From: Bryobacterales bacterium
GTDB lineage: Bacteria > Acidobacteriota > Terriglobia > Bryobacterales > UBA6623
Assembly (NCBI GenBank): GCA_026713545.1
Contig: JAPOOG010000065.1
Coordinates: forward strand, 8 to 64,007
Direction of reading: 5' to 3'
DNA length: 64,000 bases
Part shown: positions 1-10,057 of the stretch, in pieces
How positions within the stretch are numbered: the stretch's first letter is position 1
How the letters are laid out: every line of letters starts with the position of its first letter
Program-made: the position numbers and the translations under genes
Notes under the pieces: generated by a model
What the model was told of the DNA's origin: nothing
Databases searched by the model: none
The model's input: only the letters and a program-made list of their open reading frames with translations

Positions 1-282
1 CTGTCCGGTTCGATGAGCGGCGACTGGAAACGGGGCCACGGAGAGGAGTGAGGCACCGGCATCGGCGAAAGCCCCCGGCAACAGCTACCCCCTTTGCCTA
101 CCGCCACCGCGCCAGTCGTCGACTCTACACCAATCTGGTCGGTACCCCAACAGCTCTTCGGCATTCGTCTCTCGCTTTCGAACATTCCGAAATTGTCCCG
201 CGGCACAGACTCCCAGGAGACCTCCTAGGGGTTTGTCAGAGATACGATGATATCGGGTTAGCCATGTTCACGGTCGCACTCA

Positions 283-3009
283 TCAGTCGAAAGGGGGGAG
301 CCGATAAGACGCCGCTGGCATGTGGGCCGGCGGGCCGAGCGTCGTGCCGGAGCTGTGAACCGATGACGTAAAGTCGGATATATAAGTCCCATCCCTTCCC
401 AGGAACCCCAGCGCCCGAGCAATGGCGCCCGTCAGAGCGAACACGTCGTGTCCACCACCCTCGTAGATGAAGGCCTCGAACTCGGGAGGCTCACGTCCCA
501 AAGCCTCCATGGCACGGATCATCGAGTACGCTTGGGTGACGGCGACGGTGTCGTCGGAATCGCCATGGTGTAGCTGGACGGCCGGCAGGTCTTCGGCGAA
601 CAGGACGGAGGAGCGGCGTACCAACTCCAGACGCACTGCAGCCATTTCGATTTCGCCTCTCAAGTAGGGTTGAACAAAGGTGGAGTTCAGGTGGGCCACG
701 CCCGTGAGCTTGCGCGGACGCCCCAGGGCCGCCTCGCGCACGATTTGCCGCACCCAGTCGTCGAAGAAGTCGGTGGGACCGAAGAAGGCAATGATGTTCT
801 CGATGCGCTCGTCGCGGATGCCGGCCAGCATGGCGACGCCCGCTCCACGACTTCCGCCGATGAGGCTCACCCCTTCGGGCTTCGCCTGCGGAGTCAGCTC
901 CAGAGCCACGTTCAGGAGCGCCAAGGCGTCGTCCACATCGTAGTCCCAGTGACTGCCGGGACCGGTCGAGAACCACACTCTATCGCCAAACTCGAGCCGT
1001 TCGCTGCGAAAAGAGGGGACTACGTAGACGAAGCGGTCTCGCAACTCGCCCAAGAAGTGCCCGATGATATCGACATAGGCCACGTCGACACCGCTGTCGC
1101 CGCCGTGCAGGTACATCAGGACGGGCAGGGTGCCGGGCGCCGCGGAGTCGGGCGCAAGGATCGCTCCATAGTGGCGCGCCTCCCCGACCTGATGCGACAC
1201 CACGCGTAGGGTCGCCGGGGTGTCGTCCAGGGGATACGCCTCCGTGAATTCGACCAACACGTCAACCGGAGAGATGTCGCGCCCGGCCCAGTCTGCACGA
1301 ACGGCCTCGATCTCTGCAGCGGTCGGCGGGGCAAAAATGTTGTCGAGTTCGGCCTCGAGGTCGATCGCGTAGGCGTTGACAGACGTAACAGCCAGGTCTA
1401 CGGCGATCATGAGCGTCTGGATGCCGGCCTCGGAGCCCATGGTCCACTCGACCGCGACCTCGCCCTTCCAGTCCGTGGCCGCGGTCGAGGGATCCACTCG
1501 GCCGCTTCCGGGGGTTGGCACGAAGGTCACGGTCACCCCGGAAACAGACTGACCTGACGTGTCGAGAACGCGAGCTACGAGGGGCATTTCGAGGGTGTGC
1601 TCGGTGAATGCGCGTTGCCCCCCGCCTGCAACAATGCGGATCGAGGCCGCCGACTCTTCGAATACCGGATCGACCGGATCACATCCCGTCAGGGCGGACT
1701 GCCGGTCCGCTGCTGTCACCGTGATGGGGCAGGTCACCGCACTCGTGGACGACCACGTCACCATCGGCGGGGGGGGATGGCCAGCGTCGAGGGGGCCTCC
1801 GTCCAGGACCCGAATCGTCGGCACCGCCGAGAGTGAAGGGATCCGCTTCCCAAACCGCAGCCCGAGCGGAGCGAAGGGGGTATCGTCCTCGCTTCGCAGG
1901 ATCAGGAGGCCGCGAAAGTTCCCCAGGAACCCCGTATCGACTCCTTCCACTGCGAACCATTCCGGGAGCGTGCGCGCCGCCTGGTGGAAATCTCTCCAGT
2001 GGACGAACCCACCGTCCAAGGGGTCCCTCCCCTCCTCGTCGCGAATGCGAAGCTCGAGGCGGGATGCGGCGTCGGGCTTGAACACTGCGACTCCAGCGCC
2101 GACCCTCGTCGATTCCTCCACGAACAGAGCGAATTCCGTGCCCAACTGGACAGGCTCGACGCCGACTTCGATTCCCGATTCGGCGTGCCGAAAGGTCAAT
2201 AGCCCACTGACTGTGGCCGACTCGGCCTCGACCTGGATCCAGCCTTGCCGAATAGCACCTGAGCCGGCGCTTTTCAAGACTCGACTGCCCAGCGACGGAA
2301 TCTCCAACGTCATGTCGGAATCGAACAGATCCAGGACCGGCTGTGCGTCCGGATCGTAGACTTCCACCCGGACTGCGGCGGCGGCGTCCGGGTCGACGTT
2401 GCTGAGGTCCAACTGCACCGACCATCCGCCACCATCCACGTAATCCGGGAAGTACAGAATCGTCGCTCCCTGTTCCTGCGCTTGTCCGGCGATCGAGTCG
2501 TCCGCCGGGCGGCGGACGTTCTCTGGCGGGGCGCCGGCAGTTTGCGCCGGCGACAGAACGAATAACACGCACAGGGCAAGAAACGAACTCGAGAGCGTCC
2601 TCTCCCGTGCAGTCAGCGGCCTGACGGCCTTGCCCTTCCACTGCAACGCTACCCGTGCTCTTTCCTTTCCACACCTGATTCGCATTTTCTTTCCCACTCT
2701 GATTCTAGGTTCAACTTCCACGTCTTTCACATTCGCCGCACTGGTTGTGAGGTAGAGATCGAAGCTATCGCTCGAGGTGCAGCCAGCGAGAAGCCGGTTC
2801 TCCGAGCCAGACGCGTAGCAAGTACGACGTGTCGCAAGCGTTACGGTCAGAGATCGGTCGATTTCGGCCGTCTCGAAGGTCGCGAAAGATTTCTCCTCGT
2901 AGAGGTACCTCCAGCGTTCGAACGCCTCACGGTGCGATGACAACACCCTGCGGAGCGGATGCATCCCTGCGGCCAACATGTCTTGTAAGACCGGGTTCAG
3001 TTTTTGCAT
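283..3009 (-). CDS. multidomain exported or membrane-anchored alpha/beta-hydrolase (S9 prolyl-oligopeptidase / dienelactone-hydrolase-like C-terminal domain, Ig-like middle domain)
   Basis: ORF 283..3045. The C-terminus 'LPVLMYLHGGDSG...SLIGGSRGAGVAM...LHHGDSDDTV...GGGHDVF' gives a GxSxG nucleophile elbow plus Asp/His, as in S9/DLH hydrolases. A hydrophobic segment 'FLALCVLFVLSPAQTAGA' lies ~150 aa in. The start is ambiguous: TTG 3045, ATG 3009, or ATG 2685 just before the signal/anchor. Confidence 0.6.
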   Translation of the reverse strand: MQKLNPVLQDMLAAGMHPLRRVLSSHREAFERWRYLYEEKSFATFETAEIDRSLTVTLATRRTCYASGSENRLLAGCTSSDSFDLYLTTSAANVKDVEVEPRIRVGKKMRIRCGKERARVALQWKGKAVRPLTARERTLSSSFLALCVLFVLSPAQTAGAPPENVRRPADDSIAGQAQEQGATILYFPDYVDGGGWSVQLDLSNVDPDAAAAVRVEVYDPDAQPVLDLFDSDMTLEIPSLGSRVLKSAGSGAIRQGWIQVEAESATVSGLLTFRHAESGIEVGVEPVQLGTEFALFVEESTRVGAGVAVFKPDAASRLELRIRDEEGRDPLDGGFVHWRDFHQAARTLPEWFAVEGVDTGFLGNFRGLLILRSEDDTPFAPLGLRFGKRIPSLSAVPTIRVLDGGPLDAGHPPPPMVTWSSTSAVTCPITVTAADRQSALTGCDPVDPVFEESAASIRIVAGGGQRAFTEHTLEMPLVARVLDTSGQSVSGVTVTFVPTPGSGRVDPSTAATDWKGEVAVEWTMGSEAGIQTLMIAVDLAVTSVNAYAIDLEAELDNIFAPPTAAEIEAVRADWAGRDISPVDVLVEFTEAYPLDDTPATLRVVSHQVGEARHYGAILAPDSAAPGTLPVLMYLHGGDSGVDVAYVDIIGHFLGELRDRFVYVVPSFRSERLEFGDRVWFSTGPGSHWDYDVDDALALLNVALELTPQAKPEGVSLIGGSRGAGVAMLAGIRDERIENIIAFFGPTDFFDDWVRQIVREAALGRPRKLTGVAHLNSTFVQPYLRGEIEMAAVRLELVRRSSVLFAEDLPAVQLHHGDSDDTVAVTQAYSMIRAMEALGREPPEFEAFIYEGGGHDVFALTGAIARALGFLGRDGTYISDFTSSVHSSGTTLGPPAHMPAASYRLPPFD

Positions 3010-3348
3010 GCCTGGTTCGTCTGCCCTGACCGAGTGCGAACTCAATGTAAACAGAAACTACAATCACAACAATTTCGCCCGCCGTAGCGCCTAGCGGCAA
3101 ATGGAATTGCGACAAAATACTGCTTAAACAGTGACAGCGACGCTTGGTTTGCGACAACAAAATCTCGCCGCGGCGGGGGTCAGCGGCGGAGGGAGCCGCT
3201 GAAATGGCGGTTGATCACATCGAGGATTTTCGCGTCGAGGTCGTCGGAGCTCGGACGATCCGCAGGGGCAGCAAGGGGGGAGTTGCGGGTCGGGAGTCAC
3301 GGAGTGCCGGCAGTGTAAAATCAACCTACGATAAGGGTACATACGGCT

Positions 3349-3557
3349 ATGAAAGAATACACGGCGGTTGTCGAACAAGATCCCGAGACTGGTATCTATG
3401 TGGGCTACGTTCCCGGATTCCCTGGAGCCCACTCCCGAGCCGCTACGCTCGATGAGCTCAATACGAACCTTCGCGAAGTGATGGGAATGCTTTTGAAGAC
3501 GGCGAGCCAATACTTGAAGGAGAGCTTGTTGGAACTCAACGGGTCTCGCTCCCCTGA
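3349..3557 (+). CDS. hicB: HicB/UPF0150-family antitoxin, apparently frameshifted (1-nt indel in T-run 3491-3494)
   Basis: 'MKEYTAVVEQDPETGIYVGYVPGFPGAHSRAATLDELNTNLREVMGML' is a HicB-like N-terminus. The family-like tail 'EDGEPILEGELVGTQRVSLP*' lies in the -1 frame from 3495, with its stop at 3555-3557. The as-is ORF instead runs to 3669. Confidence 0.6.
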
Positions 3558-3559
3558 CC

Positions 3560-3783
3560 ATGGCAAAGGCGCCGGTTCTCAAGCCGCGCGAAGTAGCTGC
3601 GATTTTGAAGCGTCTCGGCTGCGCCGAGGTTCGGCAGCGTGGTTCTCACAAGCAGTTCCGCCATCCTGATGGAAGAGGGACGACCGTCCCTTTCCACTCG
3701 GGGCGAGATATCTCGCCCTGCTGTTGTGTCGGATCGCAAAAGACACCGGTCTGACCAGCGATGAGCTGCTCGAGTATCAATAA
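3560..3783 (+). CDS. hicA: HicA (YcfA-like) mRNA-interferase toxin, apparently frameshifted (1-nt indel at CCC 3716-3718)
   Basis: ATG 3560 lies 2 nt after the corrected hicB stop. 'LKPREVAAILKRLGCAEVRQRGSHKQFRHPDGRGTTVPFHSGRDI' fits the HicA pattern. The as-is ORF stops at 3754. The family-like tail 'LLLCRIAKDTGLTSDELLEYQ*' continues in the -1 frame to 3783. Confidence 0.65.
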
Positions 3784-3906
3784 GGACTTCCCCCGTCGGC
3801 GCGAAGCGTTACACGCGGGTCGCCGCGGCGCAGGTCCCGTCGAGTGTGAGCGGGCGGCACAAAAGGTTATGCTGAGTTTCTTCGCGGCGATTGTTTTTCC
3901 CGGCTC

Positions 3907-6171
3907 ATGCTGACAACTCGTTCATCACGGCGATGCCGGCTATCTCTTCGGCCTTCGGCCCGGCTGGCGATAATGGCCTCGCTGGCTCTCGCCGGGGGCT
4001 CGATCGGGTGCTCGCAAGCATCGGGGGACGAGAAGCCCTATGGGCTGGAGCGCCGGGTCAACTGGACCACATCGCGCATCGCGGGCTCCCCTGATCCTCC
4101 TGCGCCGTACCGTATGGTGCGGGCCTTTCCGCAGTTCATCTTCAAGCATCCGGTATTCATCGCCCAGGAGCCGGCGTCCGAGCGATTCATCGTCGCCGAG
4201 TACGAAGGCAAGGTGTACAGCTTCGACCCCGCGGACCTGGACGGCAGTAAAGACCTCTACCTCGACATGGGGCGGAACGTGTCGGCCTTTTCCTTTCACC
4301 CGGACTACGCGGACAACGGAGAGGTCTTCGTCTTCAGCGCGTACGACCCCCGGATCAAGGACCGCTCGAAGAGCATCAGCCGGGTCTCGCGGTTCCAGCT
4401 CGTTCCGGGAAGCAGCCCGCCTCGTCTCGACCCCGATTCCGAGCAGATCGTCATCGAATGGCCGGCAGGCGGACACAACGGCGGCGAGGCCATCATCGGC
4501 CCCGACGGCTATCTCTATATCACCACCGGCGACGGCAGCGGCAGTTCCGACCGCAAGAACACCGGTCAGGGTGTCGACGATCTGCTCTCGGTGATGATGC
4601 GCCTGGACGTCGAGACCCCCGCCCCCGGCCGCAACTACTCGATCCCGCCGGACAACCCGTTCATCGACCACCCCGGCGCACGGCCGGAAATCTGGGCCTA
4701 TGGCTTTCGCAACCCGTGGCGCTTCAGCTTCGATCCGGTGACAGGGCAGGCGTGGGTGGGCGACGTGGGCCAGGACTTGTGGGAGGAGATCGAGCTCGTC
4801 CGGCGCGGCGGAAACCACGGCTGGAGCGTGATGGAGGGCACGCATCCCTTCCATCCGAACAAGCAGCGCGGGCCGACGCCGGTTGTCCCGCCCGTCGCCG
4901 AGCACCACCACACCGAGTGCCGTTCGATCACCGGCGGCTATGTCTATGCGGGCGACAAGTTCCCCGAGCTGCGGGGCGTCTACATCTACGGCGACTACCA
5001 ATACGGCAAGATGTGGGGCATTCGCTACGACCACCAGGCTCAGAAGAAGACCTGGCACGAGGAGCTGGCGGACACGACGGTGAAGATCTCGAGCTTCGGG
5101 CTCGGCCGCGACGGCTCGTTCTACGCGCTCGACTACGACCGCGGGGAGATCTATCAGCTCGACCACAACCCTCAGCCCAAGCAGCAGCCGCCGTTTCCTC
5201 GCAAGCTGAGCGAAACAGGGCTGTTCACCTCGGTGAAGGACCATGAGGCCGCGCCCGGCGTGATCCCCTATTCGATCAACGCGCCCTTCTGGTCGGACGG
5301 CGCCCGCAAGGAGCGTTTCCTTGCGATCCCGGGAGACTTGGGCATCGACTTCCAGGAAGACCGCGCCTGGTCGTTCGACGACGGCGCGGTGACGGTCAAG
5401 TCGTTCACGCTCGACATGGAAGAGGGCAACCCCAGATCCAGCCGCCGCATCGAGACGCGCATCGTCGTCAAGCAGGACGATCACTGGGTCGGCTACACCT
5501 ATGCCTGGAACGAGGACCAGACCGACGCGTATCTCGTCGAGGCCGGCGGACTGGACCGCAGCTACGAGATCAGGGATGCCGCTTCACCGGGCGGGAAACG
5601 CATACAGACGTGGCACTATCCGAGCCGCCAGGAGTGCATGTTCTGCCACTCGCGGGCGGCCGGGTTCGTGCTCGGGCTACGAACGCATCAGATGAACCGG
5701 TCACACGACTACGGGGCGGTGACCGACAACCAACTGAGAACCCTCGAACACATCGGGATTTTCAAGAAGCCGCTCGACAAACCCCCGGCAGAATACGCCG
5801 CTTTTCCCTACCCCTTCGACGACACCGCGGACCTCGACGCCCGCGCAAAAACCTACCTTTCCGTGAACTGCGCGATGTGCCATGTGGGTAGCGGAGGCGG
5901 GAACTCGAATCTCGACTTGGGCCTGAAGACACCGCTCGCGAAAGCGAACCTGATCGACGAACCGCCCTTGCATGGAAGCATGGATGTAGAGGACGCCCGC
6001 CTAGTCGTCCCCGGTCATCCCGAGCGATCGATGCTCTACACCCGTGTCAACACGAGGGGAACGAACCAGATGCCCCCTACCAGCACCAACCTGGTGGATG
6101 ATCTCGGGGCTCGACTGCTGTTTACATGGATCAAGCGGTTGGAGGCCAAGCCGGAGACCGCGGCCGAGTGA
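3907..6171 (+). CDS. PQQ-dependent glucose/sorbosone-dehydrogenase-like beta-propeller fused to a C-terminal di-haem (2x CXXCH) domain; probable lipoprotein
   Basis: 754-aa ORF with a lipobox-like 'LALAGGSIGC'. SGDH-type motifs are present: 'GGHNGGEAIIGPDGYLYITTGDGSG', 'GFRNPWRFSFDP', 'GGNHGW'. The C-terminal half carries CMFCH and CAMCH. Confidence 0.65.
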   Translation: MLTTRSSRRCRLSLRPSARLAIMASLALAGGSIGCSQASGDEKPYGLERRVNWTTSRIAGSPDPPAPYRMVRAFPQFIFKHPVFIAQEPASERFIVAEYEGKVYSFDPADLDGSKDLYLDMGRNVSAFSFHPDYADNGEVFVFSAYDPRIKDRSKSISRVSRFQLVPGSSPPRLDPDSEQIVIEWPAGGHNGGEAIIGPDGYLYITTGDGSGSSDRKNTGQGVDDLLSVMMRLDVETPAPGRNYSIPPDNPFIDHPGARPEIWAYGFRNPWRFSFDPVTGQAWVGDVGQDLWEEIELVRRGGNHGWSVMEGTHPFHPNKQRGPTPVVPPVAEHHHTECRSITGGYVYAGDKFPELRGVYIYGDYQYGKMWGIRYDHQAQKKTWHEELADTTVKISSFGLGRDGSFYALDYDRGEIYQLDHNPQPKQQPPFPRKLSETGLFTSVKDHEAAPGVIPYSINAPFWSDGARKERFLAIPGDLGIDFQEDRAWSFDDGAVTVKSFTLDMEEGNPRSSRRIETRIVVKQDDHWVGYTYAWNEDQTDAYLVEAGGLDRSYEIRDAASPGGKRIQTWHYPSRQECMFCHSRAAGFVLGLRTHQMNRSHDYGAVTDNQLRTLEHIGIFKKPLDKPPAEYAAFPYPFDDTADLDARAKTYLSVNCAMCHVGSGGGNSNLDLGLKTPLAKANLIDEPPLHGSMDVEDARLVVPGHPERSMLYTRVNTRGTNQMPPTSTNLVDDLGARLLFTWIKRLEAKPETAAE

Positions 6172-6256
6172 ACGCAACGCGCACCAGTCGTCCCCGGTCT
6201 GGCAGCGACTCCGGACGGATAAGCTGAATAAGGAGTCCCGCCCTCTCTCTTTTTCA

Positions 6257-9200
6257 ATGCTCATGAAGAAAATCCTGGCCGCCAATCGCGGTGAAATCGC
6301 CATCCGCATCATGCGGGCCGCCACGGAACTCGGCCTCCGCACCGCCACGATCTATTCCGACGAAGATCGCCTGAGCTTGCACCGCTTCAAGGCGGACGAG
6401 GCGTATGTGATCGGACGCGGCAAAGGTCCTGTTGCGGCGTACATGGATGTCGAGGGGATCATCGCGCTGGCCAAAAATCGCGGCATTGACGCCATTCATC
6501 CCGGCTATGGCTTCCTGTCGGAGAACCGGGGGTTGGCGGACGCCTGCCGCGATGCAGGCATTACTTTTGTCGGGCCGCCTCCCGAGTTGCTGACGTTATT
6601 GGGCAACAAGGTGCAGGCGCGTCGTCTGGCCGAGCGGGCCGGAGTGCCCGTGGTGCCGGGACTCGACGAGCCGGTGAGCGACGTCGACGAGGCCTGCGCC
6701 GCGGCGGAGAAAATCGGCTTCCCGATCATCATCAAAGCGGCTTTCGGCGGCGGCGGACGCGGCATGCGCGTGGTCCATTCGGAGCCGGAATTTCGAGGCA
6801 AGCTCGAGGAGGCGCAGAAAGAGGCGCTGGTGGCAGCAGGCGACGGCGCGGTCTTCCTCGAACGTTTCATCGAGCGGGCTCGGCACATCGAGGTACAGAT
6901 CCTCGCCGACGCGCACGGCAACGTGCTGCATCTACATGAGCGGGATTGCTCGGTGCAGCGGCGGCATCAGAAGATCGTCGAGGTAGCGCCGGCGGCGAAC
7001 CTGCCGCCGGCATTGCGCGACGCTCTTTGCAGCGCTGCTGTCAAGCTGGCGCGAGAAGCCGGCTACGTCAACGCCGGCACGGTGGAGTTCCTGCTGGATG
7101 TCGATAAGAACGAGTGGTTCTTCATCGAGGTGAATCCGCGCGTGCAGGTCGAGCACACCGTCACGGAGACGGTCGTCGGCATCGACATCGTGCAGGCGCA
7201 GATCCTCATCGCTCAAGGATGCCGCCTGCACGAGCCTCCGCTTTCACTGCCCGAGCAGAAAGACGTGTATGTCCGCGGGTTCGGGATGCAGTGCCGCATC
7301 ACGACGGAGGACCCGGAGAGCCAGTTCGCTCCCGACTATGGACGGATAACGACCTATCGCTCGCCAGCCGGACTCGGGATTCGGCTCGACGGGGCAACGG
7401 CTTACGCCGGATCGGTGATCAACCCCTACTACGACTCGCTGCTGGTAAAGATGACGGCTTGGCACAACACGCTGGACGGCGCCTGCAACCGCGCCGACCG
7501 GGCCCTGCGGGAGTTTCGGATTCGCGGAGTGAAGACGAATATCCCGTTTCTACTGAACGTCGTCAATCATCCCGCGTTCCAGTCGGGCGAGGTCACCACA
7601 AGCTTTCTCGATCGGCACTCGGAACTGTTCGCGTACAAGAAGCCGCAGGACCGAGCAACACGGCTTCTGCGATATATCGCGAGCGTCATCGTGAACGGCA
7701 ACGCGACGGTCAAGGGGAGACCGGTTCCGAAAGACTTCGAGGAGTTGCCGGCGGTGGCTTTCGAGCAGGGCGAGCCGCCGCCAGGGACGAGGCAACGGTT
7801 GCAGCAATTGGGCCCCAAGAAATTTGCGGCCTGGGTGCGGGACCAGAAACCGTTGCTCCTGACGGACACAACGTTCCGCGACGCGCATCAGTCTCTGCTG
7901 GCGACACGCGTTCGGACTTTCGATCTGTTGCAAACTTCCGACACCGTCGCGCACCGCTTGCACAACCTGTTCAGCCTCGAAATGTGGGGTGGGGCGACTT
8001 TCGACGCCGCCATGCGGTTTCTGCACGAGGACCCCTGGCAGCGGTTGCGTCAACTCCGGGGACGGGCGCCGAATATCTGCTTCCAGATGCTGTTGCGGGC
8101 ATCGAACGCGGTCGGCTACACAAGCTATCCCGACAATGTCGTGCGCGAGTTCGTGCTGGAAGCGGCGCGGCAGGGAATTGACGTTTTTCGGATTTTCGAT
8201 TCACTCAACTGCATCGACAACATGCAGGTCGCGATGGATGCGGTCAGCGAAACCGGAGCGGTCAGCGAACCGGCGATCTGCTACACCGGCGACATTCTCG
8301 ACCCCGGGCGGCCGAAGTACGACCTTGCCTATTACGTGACTCTTGCGAAGCGGCTCGAGCGGATGGGAGCGCACATTCTCGGCATCAAGGACATGGCGGG
8401 GCTGTGCAAGCCCTATGCGGCCTTCGAACTGGTCCGCGCGCTGAAGCAGGAGATCGGGATACCGATTCATTTCCACACGCATGACTCGAGCGGACTCAAC
8501 GCGGCGACCCTGCTGAAGGCCGCCGAGGCCGACGTCGATATCGTGGACGGGGCGGTCGCGTCGCTGAGCGGTCAGACCAGTCAGCCGAATCTGAACTCCC
8601 TGGTCGAGTCGCTGCGGAACACGCCGCGCGATACGGGACTGGATATCGACGCGCTGAATGATTGCTCGCGCTACTGGGAAACGGTGCGGACCTACTACAA
8701 ACCGTTCGACGACAGCCCGGCGGCGGGCAGCGCAAGCCTGTACCAGCACGAGATCCCAGGTGGGCAATATACGAACTTGAAGCAGCAAGCGTCGGCCATG
8801 GGCCTGAGGAATCGCTGGCCGGAAGTGGAGCGGATGTACGCCCGCGTGAATCAGCTCTTCGGCGACATCGTGAAGGTCACGCCGTCCAGCAAGGTGGTGG
8901 GTGACATGACGTTGTTCCTGATCGTGAAGGGGATGACGCCGGAGGACGTTTTGCGCCTGCCCGAGGACCACGACGTGGCGTTCCCTGACTCGGTCGTCGA
9001 TCTGTTTGCCGGATCGCTCGGGACGCCGCCCGGCGGCTGGCCGGAGAAGGTGCAGAAGATTCTGTTGCGGGGAAGAACCCCGATCGCTGACCGCCCGGGA
9101 GCGAGCTTGCCGCCGGCCGACTTCGACGCCGCCGAACGGGAACTGAAGCAAAAGGACCAGGTGCTGAGCTCGCTTCTCTATCCGGAGGTGTTCGACAAGT

Positions 9201-9694
9201 TCAGCAAGATCCGGCGCGAGGCGGGCGATGTGAGCGTGCTGCCTACGCCGATCTTTTTCTACGGGATGGAATCCGGCAAGGAGTACGCCATCGACATCGA
9301 GCCCGGCAAAACGCTGGTGATCAAGTTCCTGACGATCGGCGACTCTAATCCGGACGGAACGCGGGCCGTGTTCTTCGAGTTGAACGGACAGCCGCGCCAG
9401 GTGACGGTTCGAGACGAGTCGTTGCAGGTGAAGCAGCGGACGCATCCGAAGGCGCAAGCGGGTGATCCGGGGCACGTCGGAGCGCCTACGCCGGGGCTGA
9501 TCACAGGCCTCTATGTTCAACAGGGCGTCGAGGTGAAACGTAACGACAAGCTGCTGAGCCTGGAAGCGATGAAAATGCAAAGCACCATCTACGCGTCGGC
9601 GGATGGCCGCGTCAGGGAAGTGCTCGTTGCACCCGGCCATCAGGTCGAAGCCAAGGATTTGCTGCTGGTGCTGGACGTTGCGGAATCCGGGTGA
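6257..9694 (+). CDS. pyc: pyruvate carboxylase (single-chain)
   Basis: ATG 6257 (the ORF opens at 6044). It has a biotin-carboxylase N-terminus 'KKILAANRGEIAIRIMRAA', a carboxyltransferase motif 'FRDAHQSLLATR', and the C-terminal biotinylation motif 'EAMKMQ'. Length is ~1145 aa. Confidence 0.9.
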   Translation: MLMKKILAANRGEIAIRIMRAATELGLRTATIYSDEDRLSLHRFKADEAYVIGRGKGPVAAYMDVEGIIALAKNRGIDAIHPGYGFLSENRGLADACRDAGITFVGPPPELLTLLGNKVQARRLAERAGVPVVPGLDEPVSDVDEACAAAEKIGFPIIIKAAFGGGGRGMRVVHSEPEFRGKLEEAQKEALVAAGDGAVFLERFIERARHIEVQILADAHGNVLHLHERDCSVQRRHQKIVEVAPAANLPPALRDALCSAAVKLAREAGYVNAGTVEFLLDVDKNEWFFIEVNPRVQVEHTVTETVVGIDIVQAQILIAQGCRLHEPPLSLPEQKDVYVRGFGMQCRITTEDPESQFAPDYGRITTYRSPAGLGIRLDGATAYAGSVINPYYDSLLVKMTAWHNTLDGACNRADRALREFRIRGVKTNIPFLLNVVNHPAFQSGEVTTSFLDRHSELFAYKKPQDRATRLLRYIASVIVNGNATVKGRPVPKDFEELPAVAFEQGEPPPGTRQRLQQLGPKKFAAWVRDQKPLLLTDTTFRDAHQSLLATRVRTFDLLQTSDTVAHRLHNLFSLEMWGGATFDAAMRFLHEDPWQRLRQLRGRAPNICFQMLLRASNAVGYTSYPDNVVREFVLEAARQGIDVFRIFDSLNCIDNMQVAMDAVSETGAVSEPAICYTGDILDPGRPKYDLAYYVTLAKRLERMGAHILGIKDMAGLCKPYAAFELVRALKQEIGIPIHFHTHDSSGLNAATLLKAAEADVDIVDGAVASLSGQTSQPNLNSLVESLRNTPRDTGLDIDALNDCSRYWETVRTYYKPFDDSPAAGSASLYQHEIPGGQYTNLKQQASAMGLRNRWPEVERMYARVNQLFGDIVKVTPSSKVVGDMTLFLIVKGMTPEDVLRLPEDHDVAFPDSVVDLFAGSLGTPPGGWPEKVQKILLRGRTPIADRPGASLPPADFDAAERELKQKDQVLSSLLYPEVFDKFSKIRREAGDVSVLPTPIFFYGMESGKEYAIDIEPGKTLVIKFLTIGDSNPDGTRAVFFELNGQPRQVTVRDESLQVKQRTHPKAQAGDPGHVGAPTPGLITGLYVQQGVEVKRNDKLLSLEAMKMQSTIYASADGRVREVLVAPGHQVEAKDLLLVLDVAESG

Positions 9695-9805
9695 CGGTCG
9701 TAACGGCGTGAATCGATTTCGCCAACGATTCATCTAATCGATCAGGATTCGGAAGAACACGGTTGCAAGGCGCGGCGCGACGGCGAGACGGGACCGCCGT
9801 GAAGA

Positions 9806-10057
9806 ATGCCGATGAGGATGTATACGACAAGCTGGTGCCCGGACTGTTGGCGGGCCAAGAGGTTCCTGAGGTCGAACCGGATTGCATTCGAGGAGATCAG
9901 CATCGAACAGAACCTGGAGGCCGCCGAGCTTGTCATGAAGCACAACCTGGGTAAACGGCGAGTGCCGACGTTCGAGATCGATGGAGCGTTCTACGGCAAC
10001 CCGCCCTTGAGCGAGTTGTCGCGGCTTGTGGGCGTTGACCGGCGTCGATCAGAATAG
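9806..10057 (+). CDS. glutaredoxin/NrdH-like small redoxin (CPDC active site)
   Basis: 83 aa. 'YTTSWCPDCWRAKRFL' is a CxxC thioredoxin-fold motif. The gene sits directly upstream of trxB. Confidence 0.75.
   Translation: MPMRMYTTSWCPDCWRAKRFLRSNRIAFEEISIEQNLEAAELVMKHNLGKRRVPTFEIDGAFYGNPPLSELSRLVGVDRRRSE

Noticed and set aside
1-282. Possible mobile-element or structured-RNA remnant at the window start. It includes a short reading frame ending at TGA 49-51 ('...SGSMSGDWKRGHGEE*') and a GGTTCGAT T-loop-like string.
   Set aside because: It is too short and is cut by the window edge. No tRNA cloverleaf can be drawn. My sense that similar translations recur near mobile elements is only a vague recollection, not evidence.
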